Positions 9,479 to 19,427 of a stretch of 64,000 nt of DNA are shown piece by piece. A model generated the notes under the pieces. It had not been told where the DNA came from, did no database searches, and was given only the letters and a program-made list of their open reading frames with translations. Numbering within the stretch: the first letter of the stretch is position 1; the number at the start of each line of letters is the position of its first letter. The position numbers and the translations under genes were made by a program. This DNA comes from Thermoanaerobaculia bacterium (lineage in GTDB: Bacteria; Acidobacteriota; Thermoanaerobaculia; Multivoradales; JAGPDF01): assembly GCA_039932315.1 (NCBI GenBank), contig JBDTQG010000002.1:13612-77611 (forward strand), written 5' to 3'.

Positions 9479-10882
9479 ATGCCGTGGTGGGCCGTCCTCG
9501 TTCTGGAAATCGCCTGGGTCGTCGGCGTCGCAATCTGGGTCGCGACGGATCGGCGCGCGCCGGCGTCGACTCTCGCCTGGATCGTCGCGCTCGCCTTTCT
9601 GCCGCTCGTCGGGCTGCCGGTGTACTGGCTCGTCGGGCCGCGCCGTCTGCGGCGGAAGCGGGTGCGCTACCAGGGTCTGGCCGACAGCGTGAAGAGGGCG
9701 CTCTCGGTCGTCGAGCGCCACCCGGAGATCCCGCCGGACATCGCGCGTCAGATCCGCCTGGCGGCGCGCCTCGATGAAGCGCCACTTTCCTCGGCGCTCT
9801 CGCTCACCCACTACCGTTCCGGCAAGGAGGCGTTCGCCGCGATCGAAGCGGACCTCGCCGCCGCGACCCATCACATTCATCTCGAGTTCTACATCTGGAA
9901 CGACGACAGCACTGGCCGAAGGATCCGCGACATCCTCGTTGCCCGTGCGCGCGCCGGCCTCGAAGTCCGCGTCCTCGTCGACAGCGTCGGCGCCAGCGTG
10001 CGATCGAGCTTCTTCGACGAGCTCGTCGCCGCCGGCGGAGAGTTCGCGCGCTTCAATCCGGCGCGATTCGGATTGCGCTCGCGACTTCTCAACTTCCGTT
10101 CGCACCGGAAGATCGTGGTCGTCGACGGAAAGATCGGATTCCTCGGCGGCATGAACGTCTGCGACGAGCAGACGGTGGGGATCTGCGACGAGAAGCCGTG
10201 GCGGGACACGCAGCTGCGGATGGAAGGCGAGGCGGTGCGCTGGCTCCAGCGCTCGTTCTTCGAGAACTGGCAGTTCTCGAAACATTGCGAGATGAAAGCC
10301 GAGCCGGCCTACTTTCCGTCGCAGGAGCGCGGAGAGCACTGGCTGCAGATCGTCCACTCGGGACCCGACCGCGCGGACTTCCCGATCTACGAGTTCTTCT
10401 TCACCGCCATCGCCGGCGCCGACGAAAGAATCTGGATCACCTGCCCCTACCTCGTCCCCGACGAGGCGACGCTGATGGCCATCCGCTCCGCAGCGCACCG
10501 CGGCGTCGATGTCCGTCTGCTGGTGCCGATCCGCGGCGACTCGAAACTGGTCGCCGCAGCCGTGCGTTCCTACTACGACGACTGGCTGGCCTGCGGCGCC
10601 CGGGTCTTCGAATACCGTCCGGCGATGCTGCACGCGAAGACGATGGTCGTCGATCACGAGCTCGCGGTCGTCGGCAGTGCCAACGTCGACAACCGGAGCT
10701 TCCGGCTGAACTTCGAGATCGTCGCCGCGGTCTATGGCCCGCTCGCCGCCGACCGGCTGGCGGGAGAGTTCGAGGCCGATCTCCAACACGCCCGGGAAGT
10801 CCGACCCTTCCAGCTCAAGCGCCGCAGCCGGCGCAGGATCCTGGCCGAAGTCGGCGCCCGGCTCTTCAGCGCGCTGCTGTAG
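9479..10882 (+). CDS. cls: cardiolipin synthase
   Basis: Two N-terminal TM helices and two HKD motifs (HRKIVVVD, HAKTMVVD), WRDT, GSANVDNRS. Confidence 0.93.
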   Translation: MPWWAVLVLEIAWVVGVAIWVATDRRAPASTLAWIVALAFLPLVGLPVYWLVGPRRLRRKRVRYQGLADSVKRALSVVERHPEIPPDIARQIRLAARLDEAPLSSALSLTHYRSGKEAFAAIEADLAAATHHIHLEFYIWNDDSTGRRIRDILVARARAGLEVRVLVDSVGASVRSSFFDELVAAGGEFARFNPARFGLRSRLLNFRSHRKIVVVDGKIGFLGGMNVCDEQTVGICDEKPWRDTQLRMEGEAVRWLQRSFFENWQFSKHCEMKAEPAYFPSQERGEHWLQIVHSGPDRADFPIYEFFFTAIAGADERIWITCPYLVPDEATLMAIRSAAHRGVDVRLLVPIRGDSKLVAAAVRSYYDDWLACGARVFEYRPAMLHAKTMVVDHELAVVGSANVDNRSFRLNFEIVAAVYGPLAADRLAGEFEADLQHAREVRPFQLKRRSRRRILAEVGARLFSALL

Positions 10883-10888
10883 AGGGTC

Positions 10889-10922
10889 TTGACATCGTAC
10901 TAGTGTAGTAACACACTAGTAC
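10889..10922 (+). promoter_or_regulatory. sigma70-type promoter overlapped by a YtrA-type palindromic operator
   Basis: TTGACA at 10889-10894; perfect 10-bp inverted repeat GTACTAGTGT-N6-ACACTAGTAC at 10897-10922, ending 2 bp before the GntR start. Confidence 0.75.
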
Positions 10923-10924
10923 AC

Positions 10925-11332
10925 GTGCTTCACCTCCCTCTGGCCGTTGACGCGCGCGACCCGCGACCGCTCGGCCGGCAGATCGAGGACGGACTCCGCA
11001 AGCTCATCCACTCGGGAGCACTGACGCCCGGCGAGCCGATCCCCTCGGTTCGGGACCTCGCCCACGACCTGCGGGTGAACCCGAATACCGTCGCCAAGGC
11101 TTACCTGCGGCTCGGTGAGAGCGGCCTGCTCGAAGTCCGCCGGGGCGATGGTACCTACGTCGCCGCCGACCCGCCGCTGCCCTCGCCTGCCGAACGCAAG
11201 GCCGAGCTCGCCCGCTCCGCCGCGGCATTCGCCGCCGCAGCGGCGGCCCTCGGCGTCGACGCGAAGGCTGCCGCGGTCGCTCTCTTCGCCGCTTTTCTTG
11301 CGCTGGAATCGCCGGAAAGGAACAATCCATGA
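10925..11332 (+). CDS. GntR family, YtrA subfamily regulator
   Basis: wHTH pattern IPSVRDLAHDLRVNPNTVAKAY..RRGDGTYV, short C-terminal domain, followed by an ABC ATPase. Confidence 0.92.
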   Translation: MLHLPLAVDARDPRPLGRQIEDGLRKLIHSGALTPGEPIPSVRDLAHDLRVNPNTVAKAYLRLGESGLLEVRRGDGTYVAADPPLPSPAERKAELARSAAAFAAAAAALGVDAKAAAVALFAAFLALESPERNNP

Positions 11333-12060
11333 AGCTCCTCGTCCGCGACCTGACGGTGCGCTATGGCCGCACCATCGCTCTCGATCGCCTCTCGCTCAAC
11401 GTCCCCGAAGGTTCGGTCTACGCCCTCCTCGGGCGGAACGGCTCGGGCAAGAGCTCGCTCATGCGGGCACTGCTCGGGCATCGCAAGCCGGACACCGGGG
11501 TCGTGGAGATCGCAGGCCTCGATCCGTGGAGTGCGCGACATCGACTGATGACCTCCGTCGCCGCCACGCCGGAAACTCCCGACGCACCACCGGCGATGCA
11601 GGTCGACGCCATCGGCAAGTTCGTCGGTTCGTTTCACCGGCGCTGGGACGCCGCCGGCTTTCGCGGCCGGCTGGAGCGGTTCGGAATTTCCATGAACCAT
11701 CGTTTCGGCGCTCTCTCGCGCGGCCAGAAGAGCCTCGTCATGCTCTCGCTCGCGCTGGCGCAGCAGCCCGAGCTCCTGCTCCTCGACGACCCGACGCTCG
11801 GCCTCGATCCCGTCGCCCGCCGCTTCGTCTTCGACGAGCTCATCACCGAGCTCGCCGACCGCGGCACGACCGTCCTTCTCACCACTCACGACCTCGAAGG
11901 CATCGAGCGCATCGCGACGAACGTCGGCATTCTCAGGAAAGGAAAGCTGTTGGTGGAGGGGGAGATCGAGACGCTGCGCGCGAGCGCCGTGACTGCGGGA
12001 TCCGAAGCCCCGACCCTTGAAGCCCTCTTCTTCGCCCACGCCGGAAGCGAAGCGAACTGA
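11329..12060 (+). CDS. ABC transporter ATP-binding protein (YtrB-like)
   Basis: Walker A GRNGSGKS, signature LSRGQ, Walker B LLLLDDP, H-loop TTHD. Confidence 0.92.
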   Translation: MKLLVRDLTVRYGRTIALDRLSLNVPEGSVYALLGRNGSGKSSLMRALLGHRKPDTGVVEIAGLDPWSARHRLMTSVAATPETPDAPPAMQVDAIGKFVGSFHRRWDAAGFRGRLERFGISMNHRFGALSRGQKSLVMLSLALAQQPELLLLDDPTLGLDPVARRFVFDELITELADRGTTVLLTTHDLEGIERIATNVGILRKGKLLVEGEIETLRASAVTAGSEAPTLEALFFAHAGSEAN

Positions 12061-12062
12061 CC

Positions 12063-14087
12063 ATGCGCGGCTTCCTGCACCTCGTCCGAAGAGACCTCGT
12101 CCAACGAACGCCCCTCTTTCTCGCCTCTCTCGCGATGGGGCTGCTCATCCTCGCGCTCCCCTATTTTCCGAATATGCGTGCGACGCCCACCGAGCTCCGC
12201 GGCGCTGCGGGACTCGCCATCGCCTTCAGCTGGTGCACGATCCTCGCGATACTTCTGGGGGGATCGATCTTCACCCGCGATCTTGCCGAGGGCCGTCTGG
12301 CGTTTGATTTCAGACTCCCGGTTCTTCCCGGAACGATCTGGGCCGCGAGATTCCTCGCCGCCAACTTCACTCTCGTCTTCGCTGCCGTCCTCGTATTCGG
12401 TCCGCCCGCCCTGGCCGGTGCCGACGGTTTGGGAGTCCTCCTCGACAACCCGCTCTCGCATTCACGCGGAGGTGGGCTGCTCGCTGTTTCCCTTCTGGTC
12501 CTCGTCGTTCTGGTCGTTTCGAATCCGGTCGCACTCGGAAGTCGCACGAGACAAGGATGGCTCGCTGTCGACCTGATCGCGTTCACAACTCTCATCGCCG
12601 CGGCCTTCTGGAGTGTCCAACTGCTGTGCTCCTGGGGTGCGGTGGCGACTCTCCGGACGACCGGCGCACTTCTCGCGGGTGCGGTCGCAATCGCCGGCGC
12701 CGTAACTTCCGCGCGCCAGGTGCGGCTCGGACGCACCGAGATCGACAAGGCGCAGAAGGCACTCTCGTTGGGTCTCCTGTTCTCCTCCTTCGCCATCGCA
12801 GGTTCTCTCCTCGTTTTCGCGAACTGGCTGACTCACCCGCCCATCGAGGCGCTGCCGGCCGACAACTCCACGGCGCTGGGTCTGGGCTCCGATTGGGTCG
12901 TCGTCGGCGGATATGCCCCCCGCGCGCCCGACATCCTGAGTCGTTTTCTTCTGCAACCGTCGACGGGACGTTCCCTCGGGTTGGGTCCCATGGCGATTGG
13001 ACCCCCTTCGGACTACTTCTCGAACGCCGGAGCGATCCGCAATTCCGTGGTGAGGTCTCTTGACGGGAGCACCATCGTCCTCTGGGAGCGCGATCCAGCA
13101 CTGCCGGCGACGCGAAGGCTGCACGTCCTGAATCCGCGCGCGGATGCCCTGATCCCCATTGCAACTTCCATCACTGCAGGCCCTTCCGCCGAGCGTTGGG
13201 CGCTCGCGCCGAGCGGAAAATCGATCGCGATTCTCGAAAGAACCGGCTCGCCTCAGGACCCCAAACGCATCGTGGTCTCGGCAATCCCGAGCGGCGCGAT
13301 CGAAACTTCCATCCTGTTGACCGCCTGCCAGGCTCCTGGTGATCTCTTGTACGCCAGCTCGCATGAGCTGTTCGTGCAATGTGATGCGTGGCCGGGAAGA
13401 GCGAGAACAGAAGCGGAACGCACATGGATGCAGGCTGCCAATGGCGAGAACGTCGGTCGGATTCTCCGGATCAATCTCGACGCCAAGACTCTTGCGAGCG
13501 ACGAACTCGTCATCGCGGGAAAGCCAATCGCCGACTTGCGAAACCTGATGCGCGGGCCTTCCGGCTGGTTCCTATTGGAGAAGGACCCCGCCTCGCCGCA
13601 GGGCCGCACCTTGCGTGTCGTCGATCTCGAATCGGGGCGATCCGTCATGACTCTCACTCCTCCGAAGGAAATCGAGCCCTCCGCACTGGCGCGTTCCGGT
13701 CAGCTTCTCCGGGACGGAAGACTGGCAGTGGCGTGGAACGATCCCGGTGGGTCCAAGCTCCTCATTTTCGACGGAAATGGAAACCTGAAACGGACCGTCC
13801 CGATCGCAGAGAAAGTTCCTTCCTGGATTCTCGCGGAGGGCTCGGATTCGCACCTACTCATCGCAAGTCGCTTGCCCGGCTATGACCAGGGATGGGACGT
13901 TCGTCGAAACTTGAGCATCGTTGGTATCGACACGGGCATCGTCTCGCGACTCCCCAGTTTCTTCTACGGTTCAGAAGAAAACAATCGATCTGTCAGCCGT
14001 ACGGTCCTCTTCGCCAGCCACTCCACGAGTCAATGGTTTAATCCTGCGTCGAACACACTGCAGCCCCTCCTCAATGGCTCGCGATAA
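12063..14087 (+). CDS. membrane protein: ABC-2-like permease with a large extracytoplasmic, possibly beta-propeller, domain
   Basis: About seven N-terminal TM segments followed by a roughly 400-aa soluble region with SLDG/APSGK-type blade motifs; third gene of the Ytr-type operon. Confidence 0.7.
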   Translation: MRGFLHLVRRDLVQRTPLFLASLAMGLLILALPYFPNMRATPTELRGAAGLAIAFSWCTILAILLGGSIFTRDLAEGRLAFDFRLPVLPGTIWAARFLAANFTLVFAAVLVFGPPALAGADGLGVLLDNPLSHSRGGGLLAVSLLVLVVLVVSNPVALGSRTRQGWLAVDLIAFTTLIAAAFWSVQLLCSWGAVATLRTTGALLAGAVAIAGAVTSARQVRLGRTEIDKAQKALSLGLLFSSFAIAGSLLVFANWLTHPPIEALPADNSTALGLGSDWVVVGGYAPRAPDILSRFLLQPSTGRSLGLGPMAIGPPSDYFSNAGAIRNSVVRSLDGSTIVLWERDPALPATRRLHVLNPRADALIPIATSITAGPSAERWALAPSGKSIAILERTGSPQDPKRIVVSAIPSGAIETSILLTACQAPGDLLYASSHELFVQCDAWPGRARTEAERTWMQAANGENVGRILRINLDAKTLASDELVIAGKPIADLRNLMRGPSGWFLLEKDPASPQGRTLRVVDLESGRSVMTLTPPKEIEPSALARSGQLLRDGRLAVAWNDPGGSKLLIFDGNGNLKRTVPIAEKVPSWILAEGSDSHLLIASRLPGYDQGWDVRRNLSIVGIDTGIVSRLPSFFYGSEENNRSVSRTVLFASHSTSQWFNPASNTLQPLLNGSR

Positions 14088-14136
14088 CGAGCAGTCGAGC
14101 AGCGCAGATCCATACGACTGCCTCGACGTTTCACAA

Positions 14137-15513
14137 CTAGCGCAGGGCCCAGGCGGCTGCCACTCCCAAAAGCGCCCCTCCAGCGACCAGCAGCGCCGGA
14201 CTCACCTTCGTCGCGCGGAGCGCAAGAAAGGCGGCTAGGGCGAGGAGAAGGCTCGGGACATGCGGACCCGCGGCGAGCCCGGTGGGAAAGATGACGTGCG
14301 CGCCGAAGGTCAGGCCGAGGTGCAGGATGACGCCGGTCGCGGCAGCCAGGATCGCTGCAAGGGCGCCGGAGAGGCGGCGGACCTGGCGCAGGCGGTCGAT
14401 GTAGGGGGCGCCGATGAGAACGAAGGTGAGGCTCGGCAGGAAAGTTGCCCAGGAGGTGAGGAGTGCGCAGAGGATCGCGCTCGCGGCGGGAGAGAGGCCC
14501 GGCGCCGGCGCCTGCCAGCCCGCCATGAAGCCGACGAACTGCAGCACCATGATGAGCGGGCCCGGCGTGGACTCGGCGAGGCCCAGTCCGTCCACCGCTT
14601 GCGCCGCAGTGATCCAGCCGAACTGCGTCACCGCCGCCTGGTTCACGTAGGCGAGCACGGCGTACGCACCGCCGAAGGTCACGAAGGCGGCCTGGGTAAA
14701 GAACAGGTAGAGACTCGCTGGCAGAGAGCTGCGGCCGAATCGCGAAAAGATCAGTAAAGAGGGGATGAGCCAGAGCACCAGCGCTGCGAGTGCGACGCGC
14801 AGGGATCGCCATGCTCTCCCAGCGTTCCCGGCATTCCCAGCGTTCCCAGCGCCTTCGCGCTCGCTGGAGCCGGACGCGGCTAGGGGGCCGGTCTCGGCAA
14901 GGTGCGGCCCACCAGCGTCCGGAGCGGCACCTCATTTACTGGAAGCTTTTCGCGCCGCTTCCGGAGACCGATCCACCGACCCGCCTCTGCCGAAGGCATC
15001 CACCGCTCCGAGGAACCCGGCACCGAGGACGATCCAGGGAAACGCGATGCCGGCTGCCACCGCCACGAAGGCGGCGATGGCAATCCCAACGGCGAGCGGT
15101 GTGAGTATTGCGCGCTTGCCGATGCGCAGGACCGCGTCAAGAATGATGGCGACGACGACCGCCTTCACCCCAGCGAGCACCGTCGCGACCGCCGGAAGCG
15201 CACCGTGCGCGGCGTAGATCCAGGACAGACCAAGTAGAACGAAGATCGACGGCAAGACGAAGAGGATCCCCGCCGCGAGGCCGCCGCGCAGGCCGTGCAG
15301 CGTCCAGCCGATGTAGGTCGCGAGCTGTTGCGCCTCCGGCCCGGGGAGAAGCGAGCAGAAGTTGAGCGCATGCAGGTAACGCGGCTCGTCGATCCATTGG
15401 CGCTCGACCACAAGGTCGCGATGCATCATCGCGATCTGTCCGGCTGGGCCACCAAAGTTCACGCAGCCCAGGCGCGCCCAGTAGCGCAGTGCGGTCCGGA
15501 AGGTCGGCGTCAT
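14137..15513 (-). pseudogene. chrA: long-chain chromate transporter (ChrA) interrupted by one in-frame TGA at 14932-14934
   Basis: The N-half (FGGPAGQI, LPGPEAQQL) and C-half ([16 protein letters not shown]) are in the same frame; the 51 codons between the TGA and GTG 14778 are open. Confidence 0.75.
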
Positions 15514-16967
15514 TCAGCGGGCCAGGCCGGCGCAGTCAGGCGCCGGCGGCCATCCCGGGATTTGAGCAGGTCCGGCTCTTCGAGATCTTTGCGATCCCAA
15601 AGTTGGCAGGTGACCTGTTTGTGCATCTGGTCGAGGCCTTCGCAGTAGTTGGAGAAGATGCAGCGGCGGATCTCTGCGCCTCTGCCGAGGCGGATCTTCT
15701 TGAACCAGTCGGGGTCGGCGAGAGACTGGCGCGCGGCGGCGACGATGTCGGCGGCGCCGGCCGCGAGGTAACCCTCGGCTTGTTCGAAGGTCGAGACGCC
15801 GCCGGCGAGAACCACCGGCGTCGTGAAGCCGGCGGCGCGGACCGCGGCGCGGATCTCGGATACCGCAGCGACGTTTCTTCCGAACGGACCGAACGCGTCC
15901 GAGATCGCCGTCGGCATGCACTCGTAGCCGGAAGGCCCGGTGTAGGGGTAGGCCGACGCGCCGATCTTCGGCGGCTTGGCGTCCTCGAACTTACCGCCGC
16001 GTGACAGCGAGAGAAAGTCGATGCCCGCCCGCGCAAACTCCGCCGCGAAGAAGGCGGCGTCCTCCGCAGTTCCGCCAGCGCCGTCGACACCGATCTTTTC
16101 TTCCGCGAGAAAACGGCAGCCGACCGCGAACGATCCGCTGACGCTCGCCTTCACCGCTGTGATCACCTCGAGCGGCAGCCGCACCCGTTGCTCGCGCGCA
16201 CCGCCGTAGCCGTCGCCGCGCGTGTTGAGCGGCGAGAGAAACGACGCCATCGTGTAGGCATGGGCGAAGTGAAGCTCGACGCCGTCGAAACCGGCGCGCT
16301 GCGCGCGCAAAGCCGCTGCGGCAAAAAGCGGAGGCAACACGACCGGAAGGTCGCGAATCGCCGGGAGGTGAAGGTCGGTCACCAGCTCGCGCGTACCGAA
16401 CTGAAGATCGTGCCACTCGCGATCTGACAACAGGGCCTGCAACGCAGCGTCGTCGAGCGTCTGCAGAACGGCGCGGGCCTCGGAGTCTTCCTTTACCGAA
16501 AGCTTCTCTTTGAGGCTTTCGCTGATCTTCAGGAAGCGCGAGAAGTAGACCGAGCGCTCCGGCCGCCGGCGGATGCCGAGGAAGTCGATGATCTGCAGGA
16601 AGAGCTTCGTACTTCCGCCGCTCGCGCGCCGCACCGTGGCAACGAGCTCCGCGAGTCCGGGCACGAACCGGTCGTCGCCGACGCGGAGCAGCGGACCGCT
16701 GGGAATGTCGCGGATGCCGGTCGCTTCGACGACGATCGCTCCCGGCTCACCTCGCGCGAAGCGTTCGTACCAGGCCAGCACCTCCGGCGTGACGAAGCCG
16801 TCGGCGGTCGCGCGCCACGGGACCATCGCGGGGACCCAGGTGCGTTCGGTGAGACGAAGGGGACCCACATCGACCGGTTGAAACCAGCGCGCTCTGCGGG
16901 CGGCATCGGCGCCCGGCCAAACCGGCTCCGGCAGCGGATGCCGGATGCGCTCGGGAGGTTTCCACAT
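15510..16967 (-). CDS. NADH:flavin oxidoreductase (old yellow enzyme family)
   Basis: VVEATG, GFDGVELHFAHAY, FLSP..R.DGYGG, ARQSLADPDW and a C-terminal Cys cluster CIFSNYC..C. Confidence 0.88.
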   Translation of the reverse strand: MWKPPERIRHPLPEPVWPGADAARRARWFQPVDVGPLRLTERTWVPAMVPWRATADGFVTPEVLAWYERFARGEPGAIVVEATGIRDIPSGPLLRVGDDRFVPGLAELVATVRRASGGSTKLFLQIIDFLGIRRRPERSVYFSRFLKISESLKEKLSVKEDSEARAVLQTLDDAALQALLSDREWHDLQFGTRELVTDLHLPAIRDLPVVLPPLFAAAALRAQRAGFDGVELHFAHAYTMASFLSPLNTRGDGYGGAREQRVRLPLEVITAVKASVSGSFAVGCRFLAEEKIGVDGAGGTAEDAAFFAAEFARAGIDFLSLSRGGKFEDAKPPKIGASAYPYTGPSGYECMPTAISDAFGPFGRNVAAVSEIRAAVRAAGFTTPVVLAGGVSTFEQAEGYLAAGAADIVAAARQSLADPDWFKKIRLGRGAEIRRCIFSNYCEGLDQMHKQVTCQLWDRKDLEEPDLLKSRDGRRRLTAPAWPAE

Positions 16968-16982
16968 GGCGCAGGTTCGGCG

Positions 16983-18173
16983 CTAGCGCAGCAGGTCGCG
17001 CGCGATGACCAGGTGCTGGATCTCCGACGTTCCTTCGTAGATCCTGAGCGCGCGCACCGCGCGATAGAGCCGATCGACGACTGAGCTCGCGAGCACACCG
17101 CGACCGCCGAAGATCTGCACGGCGTCATCGACGATGCGTTGCGCGGCTTCGGTCGCGAAGAGCTTCGCCATCGCGGCGCCGGTCGAGGAACGCCGACCAC
17201 TTCCCGCGGCGGACGATTCGGGCGCCTGCCCCCGGTCCTGCTCCCAGGCCGCGGAGAAGGTGAGCAGGCGGGCGGCAGTGAGATCCGTCGCCATGCGGGC
17301 GATCTTCGCCTGCACCAGCTGCAGATCCGCGAGCGGGGCTCCGAACTGACGTCGCGTGCGCGCGTGAGCGATCGCCTCGGAAAGCGCCCGACCGGCGATG
17401 CCGCAGGCCGCCGCCGCGACGGTCGGGCGCAGCCGATCGAGCGTTCGCATGCCGATCTTGAACCCCTCTCCTTCGGCGCCGAGACGAGCGCCGACCGGAA
17501 CGCGACACGCGTCGAAGGCGAGCTCGCCGAGCGGATGAGGTTCAGACAGCACGTAGGGCGCGACGAAACGCAGGCCGGGCGTCGATGCAGGGACGACGAA
17601 GCAGTCGATGCCGCGCGTGCCCTTCGCGCGATCGGTCGATGCGAAGACACAGTAGAAATCGGCGATGCCGGCGTTCGAGATGAAACTCTTCACGCCGTCG
17701 AGCACGTAGAAGTCTCCGTCCCGCCGCGCCGTTGTCGCGATCGCGGCGACGTCGGAACCGGCCTCCGGTTCGGTCATGGCGAAGCCCGCGATCGCCCGTC
17801 CGGCGGCAATCTCGGGCAGCCAGCGGCGGCGGAGCTCGGAATTTCCGGCGAGCGCGATCGGCGCCGAGCCGAGCGCCTGGAGCGCGAACAGAGCATCCGC
17901 GAGCGGAGAAGCCGCGGCCAGGCACTCCCTCACGAGACAGAGCGCCAGCAGCTCCGGACCGCTTCCGGCCGCAGATTCGGCGGTCGGCACCGCCAGTCGG
18001 AGGAGCCCGCTCTCCCCCATCGTCCGGACAAGAGAGACGGCGGCGACGCGCGCCGCGTCATCGTTCGCCGGTGCCTCCAGAGGCGCGAATTCCCGGTCGA
18101 CGATCCCGGCGATCGAACGCGCGAGCTCGAGATGACGCGGCTCGAGAAACGCCGCGATCGCCTTCGTATCCAT
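16983..18173 (-). CDS. acyl-CoA dehydrogenase
   Basis: FAMTEPEAGSD, KSFISNAG, RRQFG, QIFGGRG, IYEGTSEIQ; ATG 18173 (MDTKAI). Confidence 0.93.
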   Translation of the reverse strand: MDTKAIAAFLEPRHLELARSIAGIVDREFAPLEAPANDDAARVAAVSLVRTMGESGLLRLAVPTAESAAGSGPELLALCLVRECLAAASPLADALFALQALGSAPIALAGNSELRRRWLPEIAAGRAIAGFAMTEPEAGSDVAAIATTARRDGDFYVLDGVKSFISNAGIADFYCVFASTDRAKGTRGIDCFVVPASTPGLRFVAPYVLSEPHPLGELAFDACRVPVGARLGAEGEGFKIGMRTLDRLRPTVAAAACGIAGRALSEAIAHARTRRQFGAPLADLQLVQAKIARMATDLTAARLLTFSAAWEQDRGQAPESSAAGSGRRSSTGAAMAKLFATEAAQRIVDDAVQIFGGRGVLASSVVDRLYRAVRALRIYEGTSEIQHLVIARDLLR

Positions 18174-18180
18174 CAGCGGA

Positions 18181-18981
18181 TCACCTGAAAACGGGTTTGC
18201 GCTTGTCGCGGAACGCTTCGTACGCCTCGCGGAAGTTCGGATCCTGCATGCAGATCGACTGGATTTCGACCTCCGCGGCAAAGGCCGCCTCGAGATCGAG
18301 AGCCGCCTCGCGATAGAGCATGCGCTTGGTGACTTCGAGCGCGAACGACGGCCCCGCCGCCAGACGTTCGGCCCAGGCACGACCCTCCTCGACAACCTTC
18401 TCCTGCTCCACGACCCGCGAGTAGAGACCGATGCGCTCGGCGACTTCCGGGGAGAGGAAGTCGCCGGTCATGAGGATCTCCATCGCACGGCCGAGACCCA
18501 CGATGCGCGGCAGGAGCCACGAAGCGCCCATGTCGGCGCCGGAAAGGCCGACCTTCGTGAAGAGGAAAGCGATCTTCGCGCTCGGAGCGGCGATCCGGAT
18601 GTCGCAGGCCGACGCGATCACCGCGCCGGCTCCCGCGACGGTACCGTTCAATGCGCCGACGATCGGCCGGCGGCAGGCGATCATCGAGCGGATGAGCGCG
18701 CCGGTGGCGCGGGTGAATTCGAGCAGGCCGCGAGCGTCGGTTTCGAAGAGTTTGCCGATGATCGCTTCGACGTCGCCGCCCGAGCAGAAGGCGCGTCCGG
18801 CACCCGTGAGAAGGATCGCGCGGACGCCCGGCGCGACATCGAGACTGTCGAATGTCGTCTTGAGCTCGTCGTAAACCTCGAAGGTCAGCGCATTCAGACG
18901 CTCGGGACGATCGAGCGTGATCGTCGCGACGCTGGTGACGGCATCGAGCTCGAGCCGGAAACTCTTCGGATCGAGGGTCAT
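18181..18981 (-). CDS. enoyl-CoA hydratase family protein
   Basis: RPERLNAL, AFCSGGD, GAGAVIA, GADMGASWLLPRIVG. Confidence 0.92.
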   Translation of the reverse strand: MTLDPKSFRLELDAVTSVATITLDRPERLNALTFEVYDELKTTFDSLDVAPGVRAILLTGAGRAFCSGGDVEAIIGKLFETDARGLLEFTRATGALIRSMIACRRPIVGALNGTVAGAGAVIASACDIRIAAPSAKIAFLFTKVGLSGADMGASWLLPRIVGLGRAMEILMTGDFLSPEVAERIGLYSRVVEQEKVVEEGRAWAERLAAGPSFALEVTKRMLYREAALDLEAAFAAEVEIQSICMQDPNFREAYEAFRDKRKPVFR

Positions 18982-19427
18982 CGCGCCCTGCCCGCGAGCG
19001 AGGAATCGGAAGGTTTCGGAGACAGAGCCGCCGTCGCTTCGATCTCGACGCGCGCGCCGGGCGCAAGAAGACCGGAGACCTCCAAAAGTGCCATGGCCGG
19101 ATAGTGCCGGCCCATGACGCGGCGATATGCCTCGCCTACCGCGGCGATTTCGCTCTCGTACTCGGTCTTGTCGGTGACGTAGATGGTGAGGCGGCAGATC
19201 CGGTCGACTTCACCGCCGGCGCGCCGGACGACCGAGCGGATGTTCTCGAGGGCGCGCTCGAACTGCGCCGCAAAACCGCCTTCGACGATCTCCTGGCGTT
19301 CGTTCCAGCCGATCTGTCCGGCGACGAAAAGCAGGCTGCAGCCGGCGGGCGCGACGATGCCGTGACTGAATCCACGCGGCGCGCCGAGCTCTTCCGGGTT
19401 GACGATTCCGAGGCGGAGGCCGCTCAT
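18978..19427 (-). CDS. RidA/YjgF/UK114 family protein
   Basis: GFSHG, LFVAGQIG, YPAM..V..L, VEIEATA. Confidence 0.92.
   Translation of the reverse strand: MSGLRLGIVNPEELGAPRGFSHGIVAPAGCSLLFVAGQIGWNERQEIVEGGFAAQFERALENIRSVVRRAGGEVDRICRLTIYVTDKTEYESEIAAVGEAYRRVMGRHYPAMALLEVSGLLAPGARVEIEATAALSPKPSDSSLAGRAR

Noticed and set aside
14932-14934. Selenocysteine interpretation of the chrA TGA
   Set aside because: The codon lies in a low-complexity linker with no Cys-equivalent role, and no convincing SECIS was identified
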